32,000 bases of DNA from Acholeplasma laidlawii PG-8A (GTDB taxonomy: Bacteria > Bacillota_I > Bacilli_A > Acholeplasmatales > Acholeplasmataceae): assembly GCF_000018785.1 (NCBI RefSeq), contig NC_010163.1, positions 1,050,001 to 1,082,000 on the forward strand. Reading direction: 5' to 3'. Below are positions 15,150 to 25,605 of this stretch, in pieces. Each line of letters opens with the position of its first letter. Positions within the stretch are counted from its first letter, which is position 1. Below the pieces are notes generated by a model. The model was given only the letters and a program-made list of their open reading frames with translations, did no database searches and was not told the origin of the DNA. The position numbers and the translations under genes were made by a program.

Positions 15150-16460
15150 TTACAATCTCCCCAGATTTTGTATCTTAGTTACAAGTAGTCCCATGTACTT
15201 ATCGAGTTCTAAGATATCTTGACAACTTATTGTAACACGAACTAAAGGTTCTGTACCACTAGGACGTACTAATAATAAAGAATCTTCTGATAGATTTCTT
15301 CTAACTTCTTCTACTAGTTTAATTATTTCGGGATGTTTGAGTACTTCTTTATCAACATTTTTGATGTTGACCATTTTTTGAGGATACATTTCTACTTCCT
15401 TTGTATAATCTTTTAGTGATGTTTTATGTTCTTCTAAGATCTTTAGTATATAAACACCTGCAAATAAACCATCACCTGAAGGCAGTAAGTCATTTATGAT
15501 GATATGTCCTGAATTTTCTCCACCTATGCTTAAATCGTGATTCATAATTTCTTCAGATACATATTTATCTCCTACTGGAGTTTGAAGTACTTTGATACCT
15601 AATGTTTTAAATGCTTTAAGCATACCAGGATTACTCATTTGAGTTAAGACTACTGTATCTTTTTTAAGTTTTCCTTTAGATTTTAAGTACTTAGCTATGA
15701 TGTAGACAATGTAGTCTCCATCAAATGTAGTACCATCCTTGTCTACAACTAAAAGACGATCCCCATCACCATCAAAAGATAGTCCAATGTCTGAACCGTT
15801 ACTTTTAACTGCATTAATGATAGATTCTAAGTGAGTTGATCCTACATTTAAGTTAATGTTTAACCCATCTGGCCTGTTACCTATTTGATAGGTATGTGAT
15901 GCAAAAGACTCTATTACTTTTTTAGAAATAAGATAGTTAGCTCCATTTGCAGAATCATAGGTTATTTTCATAGATGTTTTAGGAATATTTAAATCTTGAT
16001 AGACATTTATATAAATATCTTCTACATCATGTGTTATTTCTATTGAACCTAGTTTCGTTGAAGATAAAACCTCATTATCATCAATGTAGGTTTCTAAATT
16101 AAGTTCTTCTTCATCAAGCATTTTATAACCTGATTTAATGACTTTAATACCATTATCAGTATATGGGTTATGAGATGCAGTGATCATAACTCCTATGATA
16201 TCTTTCACTTTAGAGTAATAAGCAATCATAGGTGTTGAAACAACACCTGCAATTTTTACATTTACTCCAGCTAGTGCTGCACCGTATGCAACACCATATG
16301 CAAGCATGTTTGAAGATAGTCTAGTATCTTGACCAATGATGATTTCACTAGGACTAAACTTTTTAGCTATGGCTTGACCTAATTTAAACGCTAGTTTTGA
16401 ATTTAATTTTTCAAAAGCGATACCGCGTATCCCATCGGTACCAAAATAATTATTTTTCAT
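15150..16460 (-). CDS. glmM: Phosphoglucosamine mutase
   Basis: FGTDGIRG, the TASHNP phosphoserine loop, FDGDGDR (Mg site) and GGENSGH. The ORF-track start at 16469 is GTG; the ATG at 16458-16460 ([10 protein letters not shown]) is preferred. Confidence 0.95.
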   Translation of the reverse strand: MKNNYFGTDGIRGIAFEKLNSKLAFKLGQAIAKKFSPSEIIIGQDTRLSSNMLAYGVAYGAALAGVNVKIAGVVSTPMIAYYSKVKDIIGVMITASHNPYTDNGIKVIKSGYKMLDEEELNLETYIDDNEVLSSTKLGSIEITHDVEDIYINVYQDLNIPKTSMKITYDSANGANYLISKKVIESFASHTYQIGNRPDGLNINLNVGSTHLESIINAVKSNGSDIGLSFDGDGDRLLVVDKDGTTFDGDYIVYIIAKYLKSKGKLKKDTVVLTQMSNPGMLKAFKTLGIKVLQTPVGDKYVSEEIMNHDLSIGGENSGHIIINDLLPSGDGLFAGVYILKILEEHKTSLKDYTKEVEMYPQKMVNIKNVDKEVLKHPEIIKLVEEVRRNLSEDSLLLVRPSGTEPLVRVTISCQDILELDKYMGLLVTKIQNLGRL

Positions 16461-17889
16461 ATTTATCACACCAATTCCGTTTCTTTAATAATGACCTATA
16501 TCCTCTCTTTATTTTACTCCTATAATTAAATACTATTATTAAACTTACTACTGTAAAGTAAATAAAACCAAATATAATATAATTCTGCAAATTTGATAAT
16601 CCGTAAAATAGTCCTCCACTAAATATAATTAGTAGAATATTTTTTTTCCATTTCACTTTGTAAAATTTTATCATATAAAGTTCAGTGATAATGTACCAAA
16701 CGAATAAACTTATAACCGATGATACTGCAATTGCTTCTTTTGTTAGAAAGACGTAATAAAATATTAGGTTTAATATAATTGAAATAATTATTGATAATAT
16801 AGCTATGTAGAAATAATGATTATTCTTGTTCAATACTTTAAAAAAATTATGTTTGATAGCGGTTATTGAAGAAGAAATCATCAATCCCGGCAATGCAATC
16901 ATAAAAATCGTCAAAGATTCACTATATTCGGGTAGAAATTTTGGTATAATCCATTTTAGAGGGAAGTAGGCAGTAAGAGAAAACATGACAAAAATAACAA
17001 TTAGTTGTATTAGTTTACTGTATGTCGTTTGAATATTTGACTTATCAACATTCTTTAGAATTGGATATATTACTATTGACACCGCAGAAACTAATGTGGT
17101 AATTATTGCTAGCATACTATATGCAAAAGAATAAACACTAAAGTCAACTAGGTCAAAAAATATTTCTACTATTTGTCTATCAACTGTTAACACAAGTGTT
17201 GATGTCAGATTAGCCAATAATAACGGTATTCCAATTTTAAACAAATTAAAATACTCTCTTTTTTTGATTAATATTGGGTGATCAGGTTTTACTATAATAT
17301 TTCTGTAGGTATAAAAATATCCTATTAATATAATGAAATTAATAATTATCAAAAATAATATATATACCTTGTAATTGCTGATATTCATCAAAATCATAAT
17401 AGCTATAATAACAATATTTAATAAAGATAATAAAAGAATGCGGTTTGAGTACTCTTTAAATCGAGATACTGCTTGTGATATCAATTGAAAGTAATTGATT
17501 AGGTTTATAATTGGAATGTAGATAAACAACATAATTAATAATATTAGATATTCGTTTTTAACTAATAATAATACTATTGTAACACCTATAAGTGATAACA
17601 TAGTTTGAATTTTTATAAAAAATCTAGTATATATTCTAAACCTGTTTAAATCAAGTTCACTGTAATTTAAACCACCATATTCTAGATAGATACCATCTGC
17701 AAATCCGAAGTGGAATATACCCATGTAAGTAGCATACAATAAAAATATTTTGTAATATCCAAAATCTTCTACTCCAAGTAGTTTAGGTAATAAAAATGCA
17801 ATAAGTATTGAACTAGTAAGTTTTATTATGTTACTGGAAGCAATTCTTAAAACAGCAGTTATTGTGGTGTCTTTACTCAAATCATTCAC
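16450..17889 (-). CDS. wzx: Polysaccharide flippase, Wzx/MOP superfamily
   Basis: 479 aa with about 12-14 TM segments, located inside a glycan cluster. Its start overlaps the wecB stop (ATGAATGA). Confidence 0.8.
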   Translation of the reverse strand: MNDLSKDTTITAVLRIASSNIIKLTSSILIAFLLPKLLGVEDFGYYKIFLLYATYMGIFHFGFADGIYLEYGGLNYSELDLNRFRIYTRFFIKIQTMLSLIGVTIVLLLVKNEYLILLIMLFIYIPIINLINYFQLISQAVSRFKEYSNRILLLSLLNIVIIAIMILMNISNYKVYILFLIIINFIILIGYFYTYRNIIVKPDHPILIKKREYFNLFKIGIPLLLANLTSTLVLTVDRQIVEIFFDLVDFSVYSFAYSMLAIITTLVSAVSIVIYPILKNVDKSNIQTTYSKLIQLIVIFVMFSLTAYFPLKWIIPKFLPEYSESLTIFMIALPGLMISSSITAIKHNFFKVLNKNNHYFYIAILSIIISIILNLIFYYVFLTKEAIAVSSVISLFVWYIITELYMIKFYKVKWKKNILLIIFSGGLFYGLSNLQNYIIFGFIYFTVVSLIIVFNYRSKIKRGYRSLLKKRNWCDKYEK

Positions 17890-19000
17890 TCCAAAAATTC
17901 TTCTCTATTATATCAACTATTCTTTTTGAAGAAAAACCGTCTCCATAAGGATTATTGGATTGTGCCATTTTTTGATATTCATTGACATCAGTTAATAATA
18001 ATTTAAAAGAATCATATATGTTTTTTTCTTCAGTTCCAACCAATTTTAAGGTACCAGCCTCAACTCCTTCAGGACGTTCTGTCGTCTCTCTCATTACTAA
18101 TACTGGTTTACCTAATGATGGTGCTTCTTCCTGTATACCACCGCTATCTGTCAATATAAGATGTGAAGCATTCATTAAGTTATGAAAATCAACAACATCA
18201 AGTGGTTCTATTAATCTAATTCTCGCATTATTAGAAAAAATCTCATTTGCAAGATTTCTTACAATCGGATTAAGATGAATAGGATAAACAACTTTGATAT
18301 CTTCAAATTCACTAACTATTCTATTAATTGCGTTAAACATATGCCTCATTGGCTCACCCAAGTTTTCTCTTCTGTGAGCAGTAATTAATATAAGTTTGGA
18401 TCCTTTTGCCCAGTCAATTATAGGATGTTTATAATCCTGTTTTATTGTTGTTCTTAATGCGTCAATTGCCGTATTTCCCGTGACATAAATTGTACTTCTA
18501 TCTATATTTTCTCTCATTAAATTCTGTAATGCATTTATTGTTGGTGCAAAGTTATACCTCGCAATTATCGAAACAGCCTGTCTATTAAACTCTTCTGGAA
18601 AAGGCGAGTAGATATTATTAGTTCTAAGTCCTGCTTCTACATGCCCTATTGCTATTTGGTTATAATATGCTGCTAATGCTGTTACAAATGTAGTGCTTGT
18701 ATCACCATGAACTAAAACAAGATCAGGTTTTTCATAATCTAGTACTTCTTTAATCTTATCTAGTATATTAATGGTCACATCGAATAGAGTTTGATTTTCC
18801 TTCATTATGTGGAGATTGTAGTCTGGTTCAATACGAAAAGATTCAAGAACCTGATCAAGCATTTGTTTATGTTGACCTGTCACACATACTTTAGTAATAA
18901 AGTTATTCCTACTTTTCAATTCATTAACAAGAGGACACATTTTGATTGCTTCTGGTCTTGTACCAAAAACAACCATAATTTTTTTAGTCTTTATTCTCAT
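17882..19000 (-). CDS. wecB: UDP-N-acetylglucosamine 2-epimerase (non-hydrolysing)
   Basis: VFGTRPEAIKMCPLV, VHGDTSTT, GHVEAGLRT and TDSGGIQEEAPSLGKPVLVMR. Confidence 0.92.
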   Translation of the reverse strand: MRIKTKKIMVVFGTRPEAIKMCPLVNELKSRNNFITKVCVTGQHKQMLDQVLESFRIEPDYNLHIMKENQTLFDVTINILDKIKEVLDYEKPDLVLVHGDTSTTFVTALAAYYNQIAIGHVEAGLRTNNIYSPFPEEFNRQAVSIIARYNFAPTINALQNLMRENIDRSTIYVTGNTAIDALRTTIKQDYKHPIIDWAKGSKLILITAHRRENLGEPMRHMFNAINRIVSEFEDIKVVYPIHLNPIVRNLANEIFSNNARIRLIEPLDVVDFHNLMNASHLILTDSGGIQEEAPSLGKPVLVMRETTERPEGVEAGTLKLVGTEEKNIYDSFKLLLTDVNEYQKMAQSNNPYGDGFSSKRIVDIIEKNFWSE

Positions 19001-19026
19001 TTTTAGGTCTCACTTTCATATAGTCA

Positions 19027-20136
19027 TTATTTTAATTTTGTAAATATCCAATTATCAGTTATCATTGGAAGGAGTATATCATGAAAATAAGGAAGTACAT
19101 ATATAATAAAACAATAAACTGTAGTAATCACTATTAATATTTTAACAATAGTGCGTTCTTTACATCGTTTCATTATTGATACTCCCAAGATGCTGGCTGA
19201 AATAAAAATCGGAAAAATAATTTTGTAAATACGCGAAAACTCTGTATTTACTTTAAGGAGTGGTGCTAAAAAAAATAATATTAGACTTATCAAGTAGGCA
19301 TACTCTATGAATATATATTTCTTTTTATTAGATTCCAATTTATCCAATTCAGTGTACTTGTATTTCAAAATGTAGTTCTTTATTATTATGAATGTTATAA
19401 AAAACAGCACATTTGAGATGACAAATAGTAGATATCCATAGTTTCCAGATATAGTAATATAGTCTTCTTTGGCAGATGAAATATTAAAAATTCCACTTAA
19501 TAATCCCCATATTAAATCTATGAAATATTGCAATAACACTTCATTTAACGAGAGAATAATCATTAAACTAATGATTACCGTGAAAACCAAATTGAAAGTT
19601 AAAATATCTTTTCGATTATTAATAAATTTAGTCAATATCGGAATAATGAGATATATACCAAAGAATACTATTGATATATGAAATAATGAGGCCAGGTAGA
19701 TTAATAGTATAAATAGCAAATTACTAAATCTAACTTTCTCTATAAGTAGTATTATTCCAATATATAAAAATGCTGTAGCAATTGTTGTTCTTAAACTGTA
19801 AGCAAAAAACGAAAGAGGATATATCATAAATATTATATAATAAATATATTTAGATTTTTTTGGTAGATATCTATTTGATAATTTTAGTATTATAAAAATA
19901 GAAGTTCCAATGATTATAGCCTTGAATAAGTTAAAATGCACCCCTTTACTATAGAAGAAATTTTCAATAAAACGATAACCCTTTTCAAAATTTGTCTCTA
20001 TTAAATTAGAATAGCTCATAGAGTAAGCTTCGTAGTCAAAGTTATTAGTAACTCCTACGCCCAAAATTAGAATTAATATCACTAACAACAAGTTTTTAAG
20101 ATCATTTCTATTAATTAATATATTATTTGGATTCAT
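19027..20136 (-). CDS. EpsG/Wzy-like polysaccharide polymerase (polytopic membrane protein)
   Basis: About 10 TM segments and the N-terminal DYEAYSMSYS...FEKGY pattern typical of the EpsG family. Start placed at ATG 20134-20136 (RBS GAAGGTG) rather than 20151. Confidence 0.65.
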   Translation of the reverse strand: MNPNNILINRNDLKNLLLVILILILGVGVTNNFDYEAYSMSYSNLIETNFEKGYRFIENFFYSKGVHFNLFKAIIIGTSIFIILKLSNRYLPKKSKYIYYIIFMIYPLSFFAYSLRTTIATAFLYIGIILLIEKVRFSNLLFILLIYLASLFHISIVFFGIYLIIPILTKFINNRKDILTFNLVFTVIISLMIILSLNEVLLQYFIDLIWGLLSGIFNISSAKEDYITISGNYGYLLFVISNVLFFITFIIIKNYILKYKYTELDKLESNKKKYIFIEYAYLISLILFFLAPLLKVNTEFSRIYKIIFPIFISASILGVSIMKRCKERTIVKILIVITTVYCFIIYVLPYFHDILLPMITDNWIFTKLK

Positions 20137-21295
20137 GTTTTGCACCTTCAACTTTTAATTTATATATTGTTAATACCTGATCCTTAAAACTATCTAAATC
20201 ATACTTCTTATCTCTAATACCTTTTGCTATGTCTTCTAATTTAGGCTTATCAATGGAAATTACTCTATCAATCTGATTTATCCATTTATTTTTTTTTTCT
20301 GTTAAACTAATTCTTGTCATCAAGTTTAAACCCATGTCCACTTCTTCTGTTATGTTTTCAGATGCAATGGATGGAATACCACATGACTGGGATTCCACTA
20401 GAGACAATGGTAGACCTTCATGTAAAGAAGGTAATATAAAAACATCCAATGAATTGTAAAACAAGTTCATGTCTGTAATGTTACCTAAAAAATACACCTT
20501 ATCCTTTATATTCAATTCGCTAACTAGTTTTTCATAGATATCCTTAAGTTCACCATCACCAGCTAACAATAATCTATAGTCACCATTCAAATTTGCCTCA
20601 TAAATTAACTCTATTAAAAATCTTTGATTCTTGACTTCCGTAAATCTAGCAGCATTACCGATGAAAACTGTATTATCGTTTCTGTCCAAAGCAATTTTTC
20701 TATATTTTGTGGTGTGAATAGGCTTAAAAATCTCTAAGTTTATTGCATTTTTCAATATTAAAACCTTTTTCATGACTAGCTTATTACCATAAATATATAT
20801 CCCTGCATCTTTACCACAAGCAATATATTTATTGTTGAACATTCTAATCATTCTTGTTGATACAAATCTATACAACTTGGGAAATCTTAGTCCTTTTAAA
20901 AGAGGATCAGAAGTATTATGGACATGATAAATTCTATTTTTTATACCTGCAAAATAGCCTGCTATTGAATTAAGTACTCCACTATGAATAGAGTGTACAT
21001 GAATATAGTCATACTTTCCATTTGATTTAAGCATTTTCCTTATTAGTCTAATGTATTTCAAAGGATTTAGGTTTTTCATCTCAGGAATATAAAATATTCT
21101 TACACCCTTAGCAATTAATTGCTTATCTTTTGGGCCTTCATAATTTCGGCTCACATATATATCATAAACTATATTTTTGTCTCTCATGGAGTTGAAAATT
21201 TCTTCAACCACATATTCAACTCCACCATTCAAAAAAACTCCAGGAAAAACAGCAATTTTAGTTATAAATTGATCATTATTCAATTTCATTTTCAT
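20123..21295 (-). CDS. Glycosyltransferase family 4 (GT-B, retaining)
   Basis: C-terminal EGLPLSLVESQSCGIPSIAS (E-x7-E-like motif). The ORF-track start at 21301 is TTG; ATG at 21295 or 21289 is more likely. Confidence 0.85.
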   Translation of the reverse strand: MKMKLNNDQFITKIAVFPGVFLNGGVEYVVEEIFNSMRDKNIVYDIYVSRNYEGPKDKQLIAKGVRIFYIPEMKNLNPLKYIRLIRKMLKSNGKYDYIHVHSIHSGVLNSIAGYFAGIKNRIYHVHNTSDPLLKGLRFPKLYRFVSTRMIRMFNNKYIACGKDAGIYIYGNKLVMKKVLILKNAINLEIFKPIHTTKYRKIALDRNDNTVFIGNAARFTEVKNQRFLIELIYEANLNGDYRLLLAGDGELKDIYEKLVSELNIKDKVYFLGNITDMNLFYNSLDVFILPSLHEGLPLSLVESQSCGIPSIASENITEEVDMGLNLMTRISLTEKKNKWINQIDRVISIDKPKLEDIAKGIRDKKYDLDSFKDQVLTIYKLKVEGAKHESK

Positions 21296-22349
21296 CACCA
21301 ATAAACCGAGAAACTTTTAGGTCAAAATTAGTATTATCTATCTTAACATGGTTCATGAAGTCATCACAGCCCTTTTTTAGAGTAGAAAAATCTAGATTAA
21401 TAAATTGTTCATAAATATCATCTGCAATTGTTCTAGAATCTAAATTCACTGAAATACCCATGTGGTATTTAAAGGAAATGTCATACATAAATGTATTAGG
21501 GTTAACCAAAATAGGTTTATTTAGAAATGCTGCATAGTATAACTTGTTTGATAGCGCATAAATGACTGAGGGATTATCATTTCCATATAAATTATATACT
21601 ATGTCACACTCTTCAAAATACCTCATTGTTTCATTTGACTCAAACTTAGAGATTAATTGAACATTTGTTACATTCTCACTTATGCAAAATTGACGCAACA
21701 TTTCCGAACCTTTACCTATAAAGTTTAGTTTAAATCTCGGATCATTTTTAAGTTCAATTATAATTTTCTTTGATATTTCAAAGAAGCGAATCAATCCGAC
21801 AAATGAAATTATTATAGGTCGGATTTCTGTTAATTTTCCTTTGTCATTTGTTTTTTTTGGTAAATCTTCTAGTTGCTGGCTGTTATGCACTAGAATGTAT
21901 TCATGTTTTGGTAAGAATTTCCTATAACCCTCAGACGAAATAACTGATAATTCACTCCCTTTTATTACTTTTTTCTCAATATTATAAAAAAATATGTTGT
22001 GCTCAAAGGTGTAATCTCTGATGTCGACTATATACTTTGCTCCTACATTTTTTCCAATAAGAACAGCAGACATTGTGTTTAAAAAAATTATTTTTTCATA
22101 CTTATTACTCTTTAGGATTTTCTTTACATATTTCCTAAATTTTAGGTACATCACGATTTTTTTCAACTTACTTTGTTTCGGATTAATATAGCCTATGAAT
22201 CCAAAAACATTCTTTGCAGAAGAACTCTCAGTTATTTCATCTCTATTCCAGTAAATAATATCAAAATCTGTAGCAATATGCTTTGTATAATTATTTATGT
22301 ATGGTGTCAAATACAAATTATTAACTGTTATTATTACTATTTTACTCAT
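21276..22349 (-). CDS. Putative divergent GT-B-fold glycosyltransferase / capsular biosynthesis protein
   Basis: 357 aa. It has two Rossmann-like halves by eye and lies between glycosyltransferase and sugar-nucleotide genes, but lacks a canonical motif. Start placed at MSKIVII (ATG 22349, RBS GGAG). Confidence 0.5.
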   Translation of the reverse strand: MSKIVIITVNNLYLTPYINNYTKHIATDFDIIYWNRDEITESSSAKNVFGFIGYINPKQSKLKKIVMYLKFRKYVKKILKSNKYEKIIFLNTMSAVLIGKNVGAKYIVDIRDYTFEHNIFFYNIEKKVIKGSELSVISSEGYRKFLPKHEYILVHNSQQLEDLPKKTNDKGKLTEIRPIIISFVGLIRFFEISKKIIIELKNDPRFKLNFIGKGSEMLRQFCISENVTNVQLISKFESNETMRYFEECDIVYNLYGNDNPSVIYALSNKLYYAAFLNKPILVNPNTFMYDISFKYHMGISVNLDSRTIADDIYEQFINLDFSTLKKGCDDFMNHVKIDNTNFDLKVSRFIGDENEIE

Positions 22350-23472
22350 TTTTATATCTCCATACATTCTGATTTATATAATCAGTATAACCTAAAATGA
22401 TTCTTAACACCTTTTCTGATACATTTGGCATTGAATAATCACTAACATATCTAATAGTATCTTCGAATTGATTTTCAAGTACTACTAGACCTTGCATAAT
22501 TCTATCTTTATTCAGTCCAACCATCATAACAGCTGCTTCTTCCATTGCTTCTGGTCTTTCATGTGCTTCTCTTATATTTAGTGCTCTAAACTTTAGTATT
22601 GAAGATTCTTCACTAATTGTTCCACTGTCACTCAAAACAGCTTTGGAATCAATTTGAAGCTTATTATAATCAATAAATCCTAATGGTTTTAGTGCTTGTA
22701 CTAAAGGATGGAATGTAACACCTTTTGATTCAATCATTTTTCTTGTTCTTGGATGCGTTGAAATAATTACAGGCAGTTTATAGGTTTCTGCTATGGTGTT
22801 TAAGGTATCAACTAATTTTTCAAAATTACTAGAATTGATATTTTCTTCTCTATGGGCAGAAACTAAAAAATACTTTCCTTTTTCTAGATTTAGTCTAGAC
22901 AATACATCTGAACTATTAATTTCATCAATTTTACTCATTAAAACTTCAAACATTGGGCTACCAGTTTTAATGATTCTATCAGCAGGAATTCCCTCTCTTA
23001 AAAGATATTCACGCGCTATTGAACTATATGGTAAGTTAATATCTGCAATATGGTCGACTATTTTTCTATTAGTTTCTTCAGGTACTCTTTGATCAAAACA
23101 TCTATTACCAGCTTCCATATGGAATATTGGTATCTTACGACGTTTTGCAGCAATAGCTGTTAAGCAACTATTAGTATCTCCTAAAACTAAAAATGCATCC
23201 GGTTTAACTTCTTCTAGAATAGGATCCATTTTAATTAAAATGTTACCTATTGTTTCAATTGCAGTACCTGTAGCAGCATTTAAAAAGAAATCAGGCTTTT
23301 TAAGATTGAAATCCTTAAAAAACACTTCATTAAGTTCATAGTCATAGTTTTGACCTGTATGAACTAGTACATGTTCTACAGCTTCTGATTCATTTAATTT
23401 CTTAATAACTGCTGATAACCTAATGATTTCGGGTCTAGTACCTACAACTGTCATAACTTTTAATTTTTTCAT
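22342..23472 (-). CDS. fnlC: UDP-2-acetamido-2,6-dideoxy-L-talose 2-epimerase (FnlC/Cap5G/WbjD type), final step to UDP-L-FucNAc
   Basis: MKKLKVMTVVGTRPEIIRLSAV, HTGQNYDYELN and HMEAGNRCFDQRVPEE. Start at ATG 23470-23472 with a GGAGG RBS, 1 nt after the fnlB stop. Confidence 0.85.
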   Translation of the reverse strand: MKKLKVMTVVGTRPEIIRLSAVIKKLNESEAVEHVLVHTGQNYDYELNEVFFKDFNLKKPDFFLNAATGTAIETIGNILIKMDPILEEVKPDAFLVLGDTNSCLTAIAAKRRKIPIFHMEAGNRCFDQRVPEETNRKIVDHIADINLPYSSIAREYLLREGIPADRIIKTGSPMFEVLMSKIDEINSSDVLSRLNLEKGKYFLVSAHREENINSSNFEKLVDTLNTIAETYKLPVIISTHPRTRKMIESKGVTFHPLVQALKPLGFIDYNKLQIDSKAVLSDSGTISEESSILKFRALNIREAHERPEAMEEAAVMMVGLNKDRIMQGLVVLENQFEDTIRYVSDYSMPNVSEKVLRIILGYTDYINQNVWRYKNE

Positions 23473-23473
23473 G

Positions 23474-24583
23474 TTAAACCTCCACAAAAATAGTATCAGG
23501 ATTATTAGGGTCAAACTGTTCGTTTGCCCACATCACTGTCACCATATCACTAGTTCCTAAGTTTTCTATATTATGTGTATATCCAGGTGGGATATCCACA
23601 ACTTCCAATTTTTCACCGCTAACAAAATATTCTATAACCTCTGTTGAATTAATATCTCTAAATCTAATAACACCTTGGCCACTTACTACTAAAAATTTCT
23701 CATTTTTAGTATGGTGCCAATGATTTCCTTTGGTTATGCCAGGTTTAGATATATTAATAGATACTTGTCCTCTATCTATAGTCTTAATAAATTCAGTAAA
23801 AGATCCTCTATGATCCTTGTTCATTTTAAGTTCATAACTAAACTGATCTTTAGGTAAGTAACTTAAGTAATTAGAATAGAGTTTCTTAGTAAAACCATCC
23901 ATCATATTTGGTATAGATTTGTTGGTTCTTGATTCTTTAAATTCATACAGAAGTTCTGCAATTTTACCAAGTTTAACTTCATAAACCGGTAAAACTTTGC
24001 AGTATTTACCTTCCATTTTAGGTTTACCATTTAAGCAACTTATGAGTTCTTTAACCACATCATCAATATAAATTAAATTCATTAAGTGTTCTGGGTTATT
24101 TACAGTAATCGGAAGATTATTAGCAATATTATGAGAAAATGTTGCTACTGCACTATTATAGTTTGGTCTACACCATTTACCAAATACATTTGGAAATCTG
24201 TAAACGAAAACAGATGCACCAGTCTCTTTACCATATTGAAATAATAACTCTTCGCCTGCTTTTTTGCTTTTACCATAAGGGTTATCTAAATCTGCTTGAA
24301 TAGATGAAGATATCATGATTGGTGCTTTGTTATTGTATCTCTTTAATTTATCTAGTAAAGTTGAAGTAAAACCAAAATTACCTAATTCAAATTCTTTTTC
24401 ATCTTTTGGTCTATTAACACCAGCAAGATGAAAAATGAAATCAGCAGATTGGCAATATAGATCAAGTTCTGATTCAGTTGAATCTATATCGTATAGATAG
24501 ATGTTCTCAAATTTTTGGTTTTTTAGTTCAGCTATTAAGTTTTTACCGATGAAGCCTTTAGCCCCAGTTACTAATATGTTCAT
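23474..24583 (-). CDS. fnlB: CapF/FnlB-type bifunctional SDR reductase plus cupin epimerase
   Basis: 369 aa. N-terminal MNILVTGAKGFIGKNL Rossmann fold and a C-terminal cupin (GNHWHHTKNEKF). Same size and architecture as S. aureus CapF. Confidence 0.85.
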   Translation of the reverse strand: MNILVTGAKGFIGKNLIAELKNQKFENIYLYDIDSTESELDLYCQSADFIFHLAGVNRPKDEKEFELGNFGFTSTLLDKLKRYNNKAPIMISSSIQADLDNPYGKSKKAGEELLFQYGKETGASVFVYRFPNVFGKWCRPNYNSAVATFSHNIANNLPITVNNPEHLMNLIYIDDVVKELISCLNGKPKMEGKYCKVLPVYEVKLGKIAELLYEFKESRTNKSIPNMMDGFTKKLYSNYLSYLPKDQFSYELKMNKDHRGSFTEFIKTIDRGQVSINISKPGITKGNHWHHTKNEKFLVVSGQGVIRFRDINSTEVIEYFVSGEKLEVVDIPPGYTHNIENLGTSDMVTVMWANEQFDPNNPDTIFVEV

Positions 24584-24590
24584 TGTTATC

Positions 24591-25604
24591 CTACTTAAAT
24601 AAATCTAATTTTAATAATAATTTCTTCATACCTTCAACATCGAGTCTAGCTGTGTTATGAGAGTGATATGAGTCAGAAAGTTCTAGTGCTTTTGAACCTT
24701 TTTCTATAAACTTATCATAATTTAAATTTCTATTATCTGCAGGTATTTTATAAAAACCTTCCAAGTCTATAGCTTTTTGCATCTCTTCTTGAGTAACTAA
24801 TACCTCATAGAGTTTTTCTCCATGACGTGTACCAATGTAAACTGGTTCCATTTTACTTTGCTTTAATTCTAACACTGCTTTAGCTAATACATCAATTGTT
24901 GCTGCAGGTGCCTTTTGAACAAATAAATCACCTTGTTCCCCATGTTCAAATGCGTAAAGCACTAGATCAACAGCATCTTCTAAAGTCATCATAAATCTAG
25001 TCATTTCAGGGTTTGTGATGGTAATTGATCTATTATGTTCAATTTGATCTAAAAATAAAGGAATTACAGACCCACGTGATGCCATAACATTACCATATCT
25101 TGTAAGACATAATACAGTATCGTTTTCTCTTAATTGACGTGATCTTGCTACAACGTTTTTTTCCATCATTGCTTTACTCATACCCATTGCATTGATTGGA
25201 TATGCCGCTTTATCAGTAGATAAGAAGATTGCTTTTTTAACACCATTTTTAACTGCAGCAGTTATGACATTATCACTACCAACTACATTTGTCTTAACAG
25301 CTTCCATGGGATAAAACTCACAAGATGGTACTTGTTTAAGTGCTGCTGCGTGAAATACATAGTCTACACCTATAAAAGCTCCTTCTATGGAGTTGTAGTC
25401 TCTGACATCACCAATATAGAACTTTAATTTATCATTATTATAAAATTTTCTCATGTCTTCTTGTTTTTTTTCATCACGGGATAAAATTCTAATTTCTTTT
25501 ATATCACTACTTAAAAATCTTGAGACTACAGCATTACCAAATGAACCTGTACCACCGGTAACTAATAATATCTTACCCTTTAAATCTTTATTAAAATCAC
25601 TCAT
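24591..25604 (-). CDS. fnlA: UDP-N-acetylglucosamine 4,6-dehydratase / 5-epimerase (CapE/FnlA type)
   Basis: KILLVTGGTGSFGNAVVSRFLSSDIKEIRILSRDEKKQEDMRKFYNNDKLKFYIGDVRD is nearly the CapE/FnlA N-terminal signature. Confidence 0.9.
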   Translation of the reverse strand: MSDFNKDLKGKILLVTGGTGSFGNAVVSRFLSSDIKEIRILSRDEKKQEDMRKFYNNDKLKFYIGDVRDYNSIEGAFIGVDYVFHAAALKQVPSCEFYPMEAVKTNVVGSDNVITAAVKNGVKKAIFLSTDKAAYPINAMGMSKAMMEKNVVARSRQLRENDTVLCLTRYGNVMASRGSVIPLFLDQIEHNRSITITNPEMTRFMMTLEDAVDLVLYAFEHGEQGDLFVQKAPAATIDVLAKAVLELKQSKMEPVYIGTRHGEKLYEVLVTQEEMQKAIDLEGFYKIPADNRNLNYDKFIEKGSKALELSDSYHSHNTARLDVEGMKKLLLKLDLFK

Positions 25605-25605
25605 T